A stretch of 64,000 nucleotides of DNA from an uncultured Veillonellaceae bacterium. Lineage in GTDB: Bacteria > Bacillota > Negativicutes > JARBTT01. The notes beneath the pieces were generated by a model that searched no databases, had not been told where the DNA came from, and worked only from the letters and a program-made list of their open reading frames with translations. The position numbers and the translations under genes are program-made. Of this stretch, positions 1 to 9,363 are shown piece by piece; positions within the stretch are counted from its first letter, which is position 1, and every line of letters begins with the position of its first letter. The stretch lies in assembly GCA_963805085.1 (NCBI GenBank), contig CAWDTA010000002.1:1216001-1280000 (forward strand), written 5' to 3'.

Positions 1-30
1 GCTACATATTATTCTATTTATGATAATCAT
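1..30 (-). CDS. 5' start of a gene running off the window edge, probable target of the c-di-GMP riboswitch
   Basis: On the minus strand, AAAAAGGT is followed by an ATG at 30 reading MIIINNRIIC..., open to the edge and downstream of the riboswitch and terminator. Confidence 0.35.
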   Translation of the reverse strand, partial: MIIINRIICS

Positions 31-62
31 CACGACCTTTTTCGAGCAAATCTCCTTATATA

Positions 63-90
63 TAACAAGAACTCTGCCTTATGGCAGAGC
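63..90 (-). terminator. Intrinsic terminator, likely the riboswitch expression platform
   Basis: Stem CTCTGCC-ATAA-GGCAGAG followed by TTCTTGTT on the minus strand, just 3' of the aptamer. Confidence 0.6.
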
Positions 91-111
91 TAGAATGCGT
101 AAGGTATCTAT

Positions 112-203
112 TTGCAACTCAGCCATCATCATTTATAAAAATAATATAAATTTTAGATCTGTAGCTTTGCGTCCCAGTCTTTCGATTGGTTTGCCAAATT
201 TCA
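112..203 (-). ncRNA. Cyclic di-GMP-I (GEMM) riboswitch
   Basis: Minus strand reads GGCAAACC-AATC-GAAA-GACTGG-GACGCAAAGC-TACAGATCTAA...GATGGCTGAGTTGC. This matches the class I consensus (GGCAAACC, GAAA tetraloop, GACGCAAAGC, TAA receptor, G(G/A)GTTGC). Confidence 0.9.
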
Positions 204-328
204 TTTACAGGACAATTATACTAAGCAAATACATAAAAATCAAATATATTTTGTTAAAATTTAGAAAATAGGAAAAATAATTATAGTGAGGTAGCTACAT
301 AAAATCGATTGGATTGATAAACCATAGT

Positions 329-356
329 GTCAATACGTCTTGATTATTCATAGTAT
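329..356 (+). promoter_or_regulatory. Putative sigma-E-type sporulation promoter
   Basis: GTCAATA...CATAGTAT resembles the mother-cell sigma-E consensus and lies upstream of the small ORF at 403. Confidence 0.4.
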
Positions 357-402
357 ACAGTAGCTAAAAGCTATGATTGTATAGAAAGGGGAGGCGTTTT
401 AA

Positions 403-501
403 ATGGGCTTTGGCAATGGCAACGGCGGTTGGATTTGGTTTTTGATCATCATCATTATCCTATTAGCTTGCTGTAACAATGGTTTTGGAAGTGATTGTTG
501 A
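403..501 (+). CDS. 32-aa Gly/Cys-rich single-TM small protein (YjcZ-like sporulation peptide)
   Basis: Strong RBS AAAGGGGAGG, then MGFGNGNGGWIWFLIIIIILLACCNNGFGSDC*. Not in the ORF track because it is too short. Confidence 0.7.
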   Translation: MGFGNGNGGWIWFLIIIIILLACCNNGFGSDC

Positions 502-758
502 TTAACAAATAAGGTAACATAAATATAGTTGCTCTGATGACTATATTTATGTTTTTTCATAAGATTGGACAAGTAATCTTCGGAATGATTCCAGTAGTAG
601 TATAGATAAAATACGGCACAGTTTTTATAAAATAGTGTGCTTGTTTCATAAAAACTCAAAGTGATAGATGAGAACTTGCGGTATTTTTGTTACAATGAAT
701 ATGTTTCGTTATAATTTTATTGCTATGATCTTATAAATGTATGATGGAGGAATTTATT

Positions 759-1589
759 ATGTTACATATAGGTTGCCATTTATCCACTAGCAAGGGATAT
801 CAACATATGGGCAAAGAAGCTTTGCAAATTGGCGCAAACACCTTCCAGTTTTTTACGCGTAATCCACGCGGTGGTAAAGCAAAAGCTATTGATGAGGAAG
901 ATCTTGCTGGACTACGAGCAATGATCAAAGAAAATGAATTTGCGAAGCTTTTAGCACATGCTCCATATACCTTAAATGCTTGTTCTGCCGATGGAAGAAT
1001 AAGAAAGTTTGCCATTGAGATGTTCACTGATGATCTAGCGCGGATGGAGTATTTGCCACATAATTTATATAATTTTCATCCCGGTAGTCATGTGAATCAA
1101 GGTGTAGAGGTAGGTGTGACGTTTATTGCGGGAATGTTAAATCAGATTTTAAAGCCGGAGCAAACAACTACCGTATTGCTTGAAACAATGGCGGGAAAAG
1201 GAAGTGAAATAGGACAAAATTTTGAAGAGTTACAACAAATTTTAAGTAGAGTTAACTTAATTGATAAAATGGGAATCTGTCTAGATACCTGCCATATTTA
1301 TGATGCTGGTTATGATATCGTAAATGACTTAGATGGCGTATTAGCGGAGTTTGATAGCGTGATCGGATTAGAAAAACTTTGCGCAATTCATTTAAATGAC
1401 AGTATGAACCCCTTTAGAAGTCATAAAGATCGGCATGCAAAAATTGATAATGGTTTTATTGGTTTAGAGGCCATTACTAGAATCATCAATCATCCACAGC
1501 TTCGAAATTTACCCTTCTTTTTAGAAACGCCGAATGAGCTAGATGGGTACGCCGAAGAAATAAAACTGTTGCGCAGCGTATATAAGTGA
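759..1589 (+). CDS. nfo: Endonuclease IV (AP endonuclease 2)
   Basis: Motifs HAPY, FHPGSH, LLETMAG, CLDTCH, HLNDS, DRHA and LETP. RBS GGAGG precedes ATG 759. Confidence 0.95.
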   Translation: MLHIGCHLSTSKGYQHMGKEALQIGANTFQFFTRNPRGGKAKAIDEEDLAGLRAMIKENEFAKLLAHAPYTLNACSADGRIRKFAIEMFTDDLARMEYLPHNLYNFHPGSHVNQGVEVGVTFIAGMLNQILKPEQTTTVLLETMAGKGSEIGQNFEELQQILSRVNLIDKMGICLDTCHIYDAGYDIVNDLDGVLAEFDSVIGLEKLCAIHLNDSMNPFRSHKDRHAKIDNGFIGLEAITRIINHPQLRNLPFFLETPNELDGYAEEIKLLRSVYK

Positions 1590-1711
1590 TAAGGTAATTG
1601 CAAGAGATGAATGATAACAAATAATTATTACTTTTTCGATGGAAAAGGGTATCTTAAAATCGAAGTGTGTTATAATAGAAATAGTAAATAAAAGTTGAAG
1701 TAGGTGTTCAT

Positions 1712-2368
1712 ATGATGAATCAAGATCGCGTGCCTGCACTAAATTTAGAAGAAATATTGAATGCTGTTACACATGGAATTGGAACGATATTAGCCATTAT
1801 TGCTCTTTGTGTTATGGTAGGTCTTTATAATGACGTGAGTGAATGGCATTTGTTGAGTGGGGCTATTTATGGTGGCTCTTTAGTTCTGCTTTATTTGGCA
1901 TCAACGCTGTATCATAGCTTTACCAATGAAAAATTAAAAAGTTTATTTAAATTCTTTGATCATGCGGCAATTTATATTTTAATTGCTGGCAATTACACGC
2001 CGTTTGCGTTAATCCCGCTGCACGGAAATTTTGGTTGGACGATTTTTGGTGTGATTTGGTCACTTGCAGCGATTGGGATTTTATTTAAAGTGTTTTTTGT
2101 GAAAAGATTTAAAATTCTTTCTACCATTTGTTATTTGCTGATGGGCTGGTTTGCCGTGTTTATTATGAAACCGTTGATTGCAGCATTATCGATTGAAGCG
2201 ATTTATTGGCTGATCGCTGGAGGTCTGTTTTATACAGTAGGAGCAATTTTTTACTTGATCAAACGAATTCCTTATAATCATGCGATTTGGCATTTGTTTG
2301 TACTAGCTGGTAGTGCGGCGCATTTTATTGCCGTCGTCAATTATGTATTGCCGTTACATGTGATGTAA
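1712..2368 (+). CDS. Hemolysin III / PAQR family membrane protein
   Basis: EEILNAVTHG, STLYHS, DHAAIYILIAG and HAIWHLFVLAG; about 7 TM segments. Confidence 0.92.
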   Translation: MMNQDRVPALNLEEILNAVTHGIGTILAIIALCVMVGLYNDVSEWHLLSGAIYGGSLVLLYLASTLYHSFTNEKLKSLFKFFDHAAIYILIAGNYTPFALIPLHGNFGWTIFGVIWSLAAIGILFKVFFVKRFKILSTICYLLMGWFAVFIMKPLIAALSIEAIYWLIAGGLFYTVGAIFYLIKRIPYNHAIWHLFVLAGSAAHFIAVVNYVLPLHVM

Positions 2369-2493
2369 ATCAAGGTTTCTTTGCTAAAAAACGAATTGAT
2401 AGGGACATACTGTGAAGTAAGAAAAAAATTCGTGGATTCCTGACTATTGACTATGTTATAGCAAAATGATAATATGATTTTAATTGAATAAGA

Positions 2494-2596
2494 CTCTTAT
2501 CTAGAGAGGTCGAGGGACTGGCCCGATGACACCCAGCAACCGGCGCAAGGCGCGAGGTGCTAATTCCAGCAGGATGTATTTCCTGAAAGATGAGAG
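2494..2596 (+). ncRNA. SAM-I (S-box) riboswitch
   Basis: CTCTTATCTAGAGAGGTCGAGGGACTGGCCCGATGACACCCAGCAACC...GGTGCTAATTCCAGCAG...CTGAAAGATGAGAG, upstream of metA. Confidence 0.96.
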
Positions 2597-2606
2597 GGTG
2601 CGGATA

Positions 2607-2645
2607 AATGAGCCCCTTTCGTTGGAAAGGGGCTCATTCTTTTTT
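2607..2645 (+). terminator. SAM riboswitch terminator
   Basis: AATGAGCCCCTTTC-GTTG-GAAAGGGGCTCATT followed by a U-tract. Confidence 0.9.
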
Positions 2646-2695
2646 GATGGCAGGGTCTTATTGAAATGAAATGCTTACTATAGGAGGAATTTGTT

Positions 2696-3640
2696 ATGCC
2701 GATTAAAATCCCAAATAACTTACCAGCAACACATATTTTAGAAAGTGAAAATATCTTTGTTATGGATGCTGACAGAGCGTATAAACAAGATATTCGTCCA
2801 CTAAAAATCCTCATTTTAAACTTAATGCCGACGAAAGTAATAACAGAAACACAATTGCTTCGGTTACTTGGTAATACTTCACTTCAAGTAGAGGTGGATT
2901 TTATTTATACAGCAAGTTATGTACCGCAAAATACCACGCAGGAGCATTTGACGGAATTTTACGGTACGTTTGAAGATATACGTAATAAAAATTATGATGG
3001 TTTTATCATCACAGGAGCACCAGTAGAACAATTAGAGTTTGAAGACGTTACCTATTGGGATGAAATTTGTGAAATTATGGAGTGGAGTAAAACACATGCT
3101 TATTCGACATTCCATATCTGTTGGGGTTCACAAGCAGGTCTTTATTATCATTATGGCATTAAGAAGTATCCAGTTGCGCCGAAGGTATTTGGTGTGTATA
3201 AACATACAATGAATCTTGAACATGAAAAATTATTTCGTGGTTTTGATGATGAATTTTATGTGCCGCATTCTCGGCATACGGAAGTCAAAAAAGAAGATAT
3301 AGAAAAAGTTCCAGAGTTATCGATTTTAGCAGAAGCAGATGGGGCAGGAATTTATGCGGTGGCGAACTTGACAGAACGGCAATTTTTTATTACCGGTCAT
3401 GCTGAGTATGATCCATTAACCTTAAAGGCTGAATATGATCGTGATATCAAGGCAGGTATGGAGATTGCTGTGCCACAAAATTATTATCCTAACGATGATC
3501 CTACTAGAGCACCAATCGTAAAATGGCGTAGTGTAGCAAATTTGTTATTTGCCAACTGGCTGAACTATTATGTATACCAGGAAACACCATATGATTTGAA
3601 TGAGTTAAACAATTTAAATGATTATATCTACAATATATAA
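2696..3640 (+). CDS. metA: Homoserine O-acyltransferase, MetA family, probably acetyl-CoA specific
   Basis: ILNLMP, ITGAPVE, HICWG (catalytic Cys), PHSRHT and TGHAEYD. Confidence 0.95.
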   Translation: MPIKIPNNLPATHILESENIFVMDADRAYKQDIRPLKILILNLMPTKVITETQLLRLLGNTSLQVEVDFIYTASYVPQNTTQEHLTEFYGTFEDIRNKNYDGFIITGAPVEQLEFEDVTYWDEICEIMEWSKTHAYSTFHICWGSQAGLYYHYGIKKYPVAPKVFGVYKHTMNLEHEKLFRGFDDEFYVPHSRHTEVKKEDIEKVPELSILAEADGAGIYAVANLTERQFFITGHAEYDPLTLKAEYDRDIKAGMEIAVPQNYYPNDDPTRAPIVKWRSVANLLFANWLNYYVYQETPYDLNELNNLNDYIYNI

Positions 3641-3673
3641 AATAGGTTATAATGTAACAAAGGAGGGATAAAT

Positions 3674-4717
3674 TTGGGTTATACTAGTTTGATTGAAAAA
3701 GCAGAAAAAACACATCAATTGGCTAAAAGTGAAATTGTAGCATTATTAAATAATGAAACATGCCAAGAAAAATTGATTGCTGCCGCTGATCGTGTTCGTG
3801 CAGCATTTGTTGGTAATGATATACATTTGCGTGGCTTAGTTGAGTTTTCGAATATTTGTAAACAAAATTGTATGTATTGCGGTCTTAGACGAGATAACAA
3901 AAAAGTAGAACGGTATCGTCTATCGACAGAAGAAATATTAGATTTTGCCCAAAAAGCAAAAGAGTATGGTTATAAAACGGTTGTTATGCAATCGGGCGAA
4001 GATATGGATTTTTCTGTAGAAAAGTTAACCGATATTTTGCGTCAAGTAAAAGCGTTAGGTTTAGCCATTACACTTAGTATTGGGGAAAAGACGCGCGAAG
4101 AGTATGCAGCGTATAAAGAAGCTGGGGCTGACCGTTATTTACTTCGGATAGAAACGACCGATAAGGCATTATACGAGGAGTTAAATCCCGGTATGAGCTT
4201 TGAAAATCGGGTGCGGTGTTTAAAGGATTTAAAAGAACTTGGTTTTGAAGTCGGGACGGGCTGTTTGGTTGGGTTACCGAAGCAGACAGTAGAGTCACTT
4301 GCTGATGACATTTTATTTTTTAAATCTATTGATGCCGATATGATTGGGATAGGACCTTTTATTCCGAATGGGGATACTCCATTAAAAGATGCTGAAGGTG
4401 GAACGTTTCCGATGAGCTTGCGGTTTATTGCTGTCTTGCGTTTATTGATGCCTGATATCAATATTCCAGCAACTACGGCTATGGAAACGCTTGATAAAAA
4501 TGCTCGTATAATTGCGTTGCAAGCAGGCGCCAATGTTGTAATGCCAAACGTAACCGAAGGGGATTATCGGCGTAAATATGCGTTGTATCCGGGAAAAATT
4601 TGCATCAACGATACTCCGGCGAAATGTTGGGGCTGTATTGGCGGTAAAATTGCTGGTATCGGTAGAAAAATTTCACAAGGACAAGGCTTTAGAAAAATAA
4701 AAGATAAAAATAACTAA
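3674..4717 (+). CDS. hydE: [FeFe]-hydrogenase maturase radical SAM protein HydE
   Basis: CxxxCxxC (CKQNCMYC), LLRIET, PATTA, NVVMPN, YALYPGK and a C-terminal Cx7Cx2C. TTG start after AGGAGG. Confidence 0.88.
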   Translation: MGYTSLIEKAEKTHQLAKSEIVALLNNETCQEKLIAAADRVRAAFVGNDIHLRGLVEFSNICKQNCMYCGLRRDNKKVERYRLSTEEILDFAQKAKEYGYKTVVMQSGEDMDFSVEKLTDILRQVKALGLAITLSIGEKTREEYAAYKEAGADRYLLRIETTDKALYEELNPGMSFENRVRCLKDLKELGFEVGTGCLVGLPKQTVESLADDILFFKSIDADMIGIGPFIPNGDTPLKDAEGGTFPMSLRFIAVLRLLMPDINIPATTAMETLDKNARIIALQAGANVVMPNVTEGDYRRKYALYPGKICINDTPAKCWGCIGGKIAGIGRKISQGQGFRKIKDKNN

Positions 4718-4735
4718 ATGATAATTATTATTATT
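4717..4735. promoter_or_regulatory. Fur/PerR-like box upstream of the H-NOX chemoreceptor
   Basis: AATGATAATTATTATTATT versus the Fur-type AATGATAATCATTATCATT. The AT-rich background lowers specificity. Confidence 0.4.
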
Positions 4736-4837
4736 AAATTTGTCTTTTCATGCGATTAAAAAAGTATTATAATGAATTCCAAGGTAACTTTTGTTAACTT
4801 GGAATTTTTTTTAGCAAAAAAAGAGGTGGGTGTAAGT

Positions 4838-6628
4838 ATGAAGGGAACAATTGTCGGAACTTGGTTAAGCACTATAAGAAAATTATGGGGCGAAGAGCTA
4901 GTTATAGAAGTAATGGAGCAAGTTGGGTGGAATAGTAATAAAATATTTTTACCAACTGAAGAAGTAGAAGATAGTAAACCTAGAAAACTGGTTGAATTGA
5001 TTGCACAAAGGGTTGGTAAACCAGTCAGTGTGGTTTGGCGAGACATCGGGAAAGATAATGTCTTAACATTTTTCAAGTTTTATCCTGCCTTTTTTCAAAA
5101 TAAAACGTTATATTCTTTTTTAGCGTCGATGTATGATGTGCATGTTGAAGTTGTGAAACGTCTGCCAGGGGCAAATCCACCAGAACTTATCATGACACCT
5201 GTTTCGGAAACAGAAGCTGTATTATCCTATCGTTCCAAACGAGCGATGTTTGATTATTTCCAAGGTGTATTGGTGGGGTCGGCAGAGCATTACAAAGAGA
5301 ACGTTGTAACTGAGGTTATCGAGCAAACGAATGATACGATTAAAATAAAAATTAAATTTGCAAAACCGATTACCCGCAAGAAAAGTTATCTTCTTAATAA
5401 AATGCTTGGCTTTACGAGTAGTATTGCTGTAAAAGCAGGTATATTGACAACTGGAGTGAGTTTTGTTATTGCACTTATATTAAATTTATTAGGTGTTTCA
5501 TTGCCGTTATGGTCAGCACTGATTACCGGTATTGTTGCCATGGTTAGTGTTGGACAATTACTAAGACCTATGCAAGCAATTGAACGGGAAATAAATAGTA
5601 TTATTGAATACCGTTATTTTGATAGTTTAACGATCGAAACCAAAGATGAATTTGAAGCGATGAATCATCAACTCGAAGCCTATAAAAAGCGTATACGTGC
5701 TGAATTTACTGGCTTTAAAGGTAGTAGTGACGAATTAAATCGTTTTGGTGATACCTTTAATGTTTTGGCCGGTAAAATGAGTGAAACCTCCGATGAGATT
5801 GCCACAGTAATCAATGAGTTTGCGATTGCAACAACGGATCAAGCGGAAAATACTTCCTCCGCGGTGGAAATTCTGAATGGTAATTTAAAAACACTAAAAG
5901 TAGTGATTGAAGAACAAGTAGCCAATAATAAAAAACTTGAAGGCGCGGTAAGTGAAATCGACAATGGTTTTGGGAATGTACAAGCCTCAAGTGATAAATT
6001 AAATGCGAGCATGCAAAAGTTTGCCGAGGTAAAAGGCGCTGCGGCTACATTGCAAGCACAAACACAAAAGATTACAGAAATCACTGGAATGGTTGCAGCG
6101 ATTGCCGGACAAACCAATTTACTAGCACTTAATGCGGCGATTGAAGCAGCACGGGCAGGTGAACAAGGTCGTGGTTTTGCGGTTGTAGCCGAAGAGGTTC
6201 GTAAACTCGCCGAACAATCTCATGAATACTCTGAACTCATTAGTCATGACATTAAAGCAGTTACAAGCATCATTGAGACCGTGGTTGGTTCTGTCGATGA
6301 AGAATATGAAGTTCTTGCAACGGAGAGCTGCCAACTCAATGCTGTTGTCAGTGGCAACGTCGAGCATGTTACGAATATTCGCAGTGTTTCTAACAACATC
6401 ATCGATATGATTGGTAAACTAGAAGATGAAATGAAGGATATTAACGCTGTATATAGCAAAATTGAATCAATTGCGTCAGCTTCAGAAGAAAACTCAGCAG
6501 CGAGTGAAGAAATGAGTGCTTCGGTGTCCGATTATAATGTTAAATTGCAAGACATGGTAGAAAAAATTGGTGAGTTCAAGAAAATGGCGCAGAATTTTAG
6601 CGAAGATATCGGTCATTATAAAGTCTAA
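4838..6628 (+). CDS. H-NOX (heme NO/O2-binding) methyl-accepting chemotaxis protein
   Basis: N-terminus MKGTIVGTW, proximal His (DVH), YxSxR (YRSKR), two TM helices and the MCP signature [38 protein letters not shown]. Confidence 0.93.
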   Translation: MKGTIVGTWLSTIRKLWGEELVIEVMEQVGWNSNKIFLPTEEVEDSKPRKLVELIAQRVGKPVSVVWRDIGKDNVLTFFKFYPAFFQNKTLYSFLASMYDVHVEVVKRLPGANPPELIMTPVSETEAVLSYRSKRAMFDYFQGVLVGSAEHYKENVVTEVIEQTNDTIKIKIKFAKPITRKKSYLLNKMLGFTSSIAVKAGILTTGVSFVIALILNLLGVSLPLWSALITGIVAMVSVGQLLRPMQAIEREINSIIEYRYFDSLTIETKDEFEAMNHQLEAYKKRIRAEFTGFKGSSDELNRFGDTFNVLAGKMSETSDEIATVINEFAIATTDQAENTSSAVEILNGNLKTLKVVIEEQVANNKKLEGAVSEIDNGFGNVQASSDKLNASMQKFAEVKGAAATLQAQTQKITEITGMVAAIAGQTNLLALNAAIEAARAGEQGRGFAVVAEEVRKLAEQSHEYSELISHDIKAVTSIIETVVGSVDEEYEVLATESCQLNAVVSGNVEHVTNIRSVSNNIIDMIGKLEDEMKDINAVYSKIESIASASEENSAASEEMSASVSDYNVKLQDMVEKIGEFKKMAQNFSEDIGHYKV

Positions 6629-6643
6629 TCATTACATAAAAGT

Positions 6644-6679
6644 ACAAACACACGTAAATTTTTATTTACGTGTGTTTGT
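6644..6679. terminator. Hairpin terminator after the H-NOX MCP
   Basis: 16-bp perfect inverted repeat ACAAACACACGTAAAT/ATTTACGTGTGTTTGT. Confidence 0.7.
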
Positions 6680-6733
6680 CATGGCGTATCGTATATTAAT
6701 TTTGCAAGAATGTTTCATGCCTCTACAAAGTAC

Positions 6734-6781
6734 AGCTGAAAGAAAAAAGCAGGTGTTATCACCTGTTTTTTTCTTTCAGCT
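6734..6781. terminator. Second hairpin, likely the mgsA terminator
   Basis: AGCTGAAAGAAAAAAGCAGGTG...CACCTGTTTTTTTCTTTCAGCT. Confidence 0.6.
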
Positions 6782-6847
6782 ACAATTACTAGATTTTATA
6801 TAGCAAAAATGTAAAGTCTGCTGTAAAATGTAAATGATAATATTTGG

Positions 6848-7216
6848 TTATACTTGTAATGATTTTACTAAGATATGTGCACTTTTTCTGTTTGTTGCGA
6901 GTGGGATGTTATGCACATCACAGATTCTAAGTAATGCAGTAATATCTGGTTCATGAGGCTGTGCTGCTAATGGATCACGCAGGAAGATCACAAGGTTTAC
7001 TTGTTCCGTGGCGACTAAAGCACCAATTTGTTGATCCCCACCAAGCGGACCAGACATATAAGCTGTGACTTCAAGACCGATTTTTTCTTTGATTAAGCGA
7101 CCAGTCGTAGCGGTTGCTACAAGATGGTAATTAGATAGTAAGTCTTTGTGATGTTCAACAAATTCTAACATTTGTTCTTTCATACGATCATGAGCAATTA
7201 AAGCAATCGTTTGCAT
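6848..7216 (-). CDS. mgsA: Methylglyoxal synthase
   Basis: [36 protein letters not shown] and PLATN. Confidence 0.96.
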   Translation of the reverse strand: MQTIALIAHDRMKEQMLEFVEHHKDLLSNYHLVATATTGRLIKEKIGLEVTAYMSGPLGGDQQIGALVATEQVNLVIFLRDPLAAQPHEPDITALLRICDVHNIPLATNRKSAHILVKSLQV

Positions 7217-7423
7217 AATATTACCTACCTTATCATTTTCAAAAATTTTAAATCAGTATTGCAAAGATATTTATTACTTAGTTTCAAGTATAAAGCATTT
7301 TGAAAGAATGGTAAATAGTAAAGTAAAAAGTCTTGTAGATTGCTATAGTTGACAACGATTGGTACAATATATACATGATTTAAAGAGGCGAATAATAAAA
7401 ATGCATTATAGGAGGCAGTATAT

Positions 7424-9337
7424 ATGATTAGAGAACAACGTAGTAGGACAAAGTTGGCATCGTATTATTCTAAATATATGGAAGAAGGCGTCATCGATCC
7501 GAATGTGCATCCGTGGGTTGCAGAATCTTGGCAAAAAAGCCGTGCAGACAATGTTTCGACGAAAGCAATGTCGACGATAAATTATTTATCAGCCGAACAA
7601 TTGGCGTTATATCAACAAAAACATAGTAACGCGATTGAGTATTTGGAAGAGTTCAGTCAACAAATTAGAGAGTTTTTCCAAACGTATAACTTAAGTCTAC
7701 TTTTAATTGATGCGGATAATTATGTATTAAAAAGTTATTCATTACCATTTTATCAAAAAACACCGGGTGAAATTGAAGGCGTAAGAGTTGGGGTTCAAGA
7801 TATTGGTACTTCTAGTATTAGCATCGTGCATGAACATAAGACCCCCTTTTTATTATTTGGTCCAGAAATGTGGATTGAGGAATGCCAACAAGGTGATGCT
7901 TGTTCTGCGCCAATCATGGTGAATGGTGAACTTGCATATATAATTACGTTTGTATCCGTGGAACAGGAAACATTGCCACATAACTCAGTGATTTCTATTA
8001 TGCTTACGATGAAGCATGCTTTAGAAAAACATCTGAGTATATCGTTACGATTAAAAGCGCAAGAGGCTATTTTAGATGCAACGCCATTTGCGGTTTATCA
8101 TGTTATGCCGGGTGGGGAAGTTGCGTATGCGAATAAATTAGGACTTGATCGTTTGGCAGGACTCGGTGCAACCAAAGAAGGTTCCTCAATTTTAAAATTA
8201 AGTGATGTCGTATTAAATTATCGACATACACCAATCTATAAAGGGTTTAGCGGAGTCCCATCCTACAATAAAGAAGTAACTTGGATTACCCAAGCGAAAA
8301 CTTATGAAGATATTACAACCGTTGTACCTTTAGAACGTGATACAGATCAAGCAGTAAGCAGCGTCGTTACCGTGTCGATGCCGATTGAAGATCTACGTAC
8401 GCTGGTAGCACATGCAGCTGGCTATACGGCACGTTATAGTTTAAGCTCTATGGTTGGTGAAGGTACGACCTTTATTACAACCAAAGATAAAGCGGCTCGT
8501 GTTGCGCGCAATCAAAACCACATCTTATTACAAGGGGAATCTGGTACCGGGAAGCAACGTATGGCTCATGGTATACACCAGTCCAGTGGCAGGGCAGCAT
8601 GTCCGTTGATTTCCGTAAAATGTGGGGATATCACACCAGATTTATTGGAACAAGAGCTATTTGGGATAACGACCAGTAATCCTGAAATCAGCCATCCAGG
8701 TAAATTAGAACTTGCCAATGGTGGAACTTTATTTATGGATGAAATTGAAAAGTTACCGATGAGTTTATCCAATGCGCTCGCGAAAGCACTGAAAACGCAA
8801 GTGATTAAGCGTATCGGTGAAGATGTAGAACGACATATTGATGTTAGAATTATCTCTGCTTGTGACAGCGATTTAAAACGTTTAACGGAACGTGGTGTCT
8901 TTAACCAGAGTCTATATGAAATCATTTCTAAAAGTGTGATTCGTGTGCCTTCGCTTAGAAGTCGTCGCGAAGATATTCCGATTTTGGCCAAGCACATTGT
9001 CAATGAACTGGCAGCGCAACATCAGATTGAACCAAAAACGATTCTGCCAGCGACAGCAGTGGTACTAAAAAATTATGACTGGCCAGGGAACATCAAACAA
9101 TTACAAGGGGTTATTGAATATGCCTTCTTTAATACCCAAGAGCAGGATATCCGTCCAGAAAATATAAATCTGATGGGTGACATCAAACCAGATAATAGTT
9201 GGAAAGAAGATCGCGATGTCTTTGTAAAAGCATGGCAAGCTGCTGGTGGTAACGTAAGTAGACTGGCGAACCTCTTAAATGTCAGCCGGGTAACATTGTA
9301 TAGATATTTGAAAAAATACGGTTTAGAAAAATCATAA
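7424..9337 (+). CDS. GAF-PAS-AAA+-Fis HTH transcriptional regulator (AcoR/DhaR-like) lacking GAFTGA
   Basis: Walker A GESGTGK, Walker B LFMDEI, YDWPGN and the Fis-type HTH GNVSRLANLLNVSRVTLYR. Confidence 0.88.
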   Translation: MIREQRSRTKLASYYSKYMEEGVIDPNVHPWVAESWQKSRADNVSTKAMSTINYLSAEQLALYQQKHSNAIEYLEEFSQQIREFFQTYNLSLLLIDADNYVLKSYSLPFYQKTPGEIEGVRVGVQDIGTSSISIVHEHKTPFLLFGPEMWIEECQQGDACSAPIMVNGELAYIITFVSVEQETLPHNSVISIMLTMKHALEKHLSISLRLKAQEAILDATPFAVYHVMPGGEVAYANKLGLDRLAGLGATKEGSSILKLSDVVLNYRHTPIYKGFSGVPSYNKEVTWITQAKTYEDITTVVPLERDTDQAVSSVVTVSMPIEDLRTLVAHAAGYTARYSLSSMVGEGTTFITTKDKAARVARNQNHILLQGESGTGKQRMAHGIHQSSGRAACPLISVKCGDITPDLLEQELFGITTSNPEISHPGKLELANGGTLFMDEIEKLPMSLSNALAKALKTQVIKRIGEDVERHIDVRIISACDSDLKRLTERGVFNQSLYEIISKSVIRVPSLRSRREDIPILAKHIVNELAAQHQIEPKTILPATAVVLKNYDWPGNIKQLQGVIEYAFFNTQEQDIRPENINLMGDIKPDNSWKEDRDVFVKAWQAAGGNVSRLANLLNVSRVTLYRYLKKYGLEKS

Positions 9338-9363
9338 GACAAAGTTAACAGGGGGATCATTCA

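Noticed and set aside
20-271. 83-aa plus-strand ORF
   Set aside because: It is antisense to the c-di-GMP riboswitch, has no RBS and has no recognisable protein features.
399-659. 86-aa minus-strand ORF
   Set aside because: It overlaps the better-supported plus-strand microprotein with a strong RBS.
2560-2814. Minus-strand ORF over the SAM riboswitch and metA start
   Set aside because: Antisense shadow of established features.
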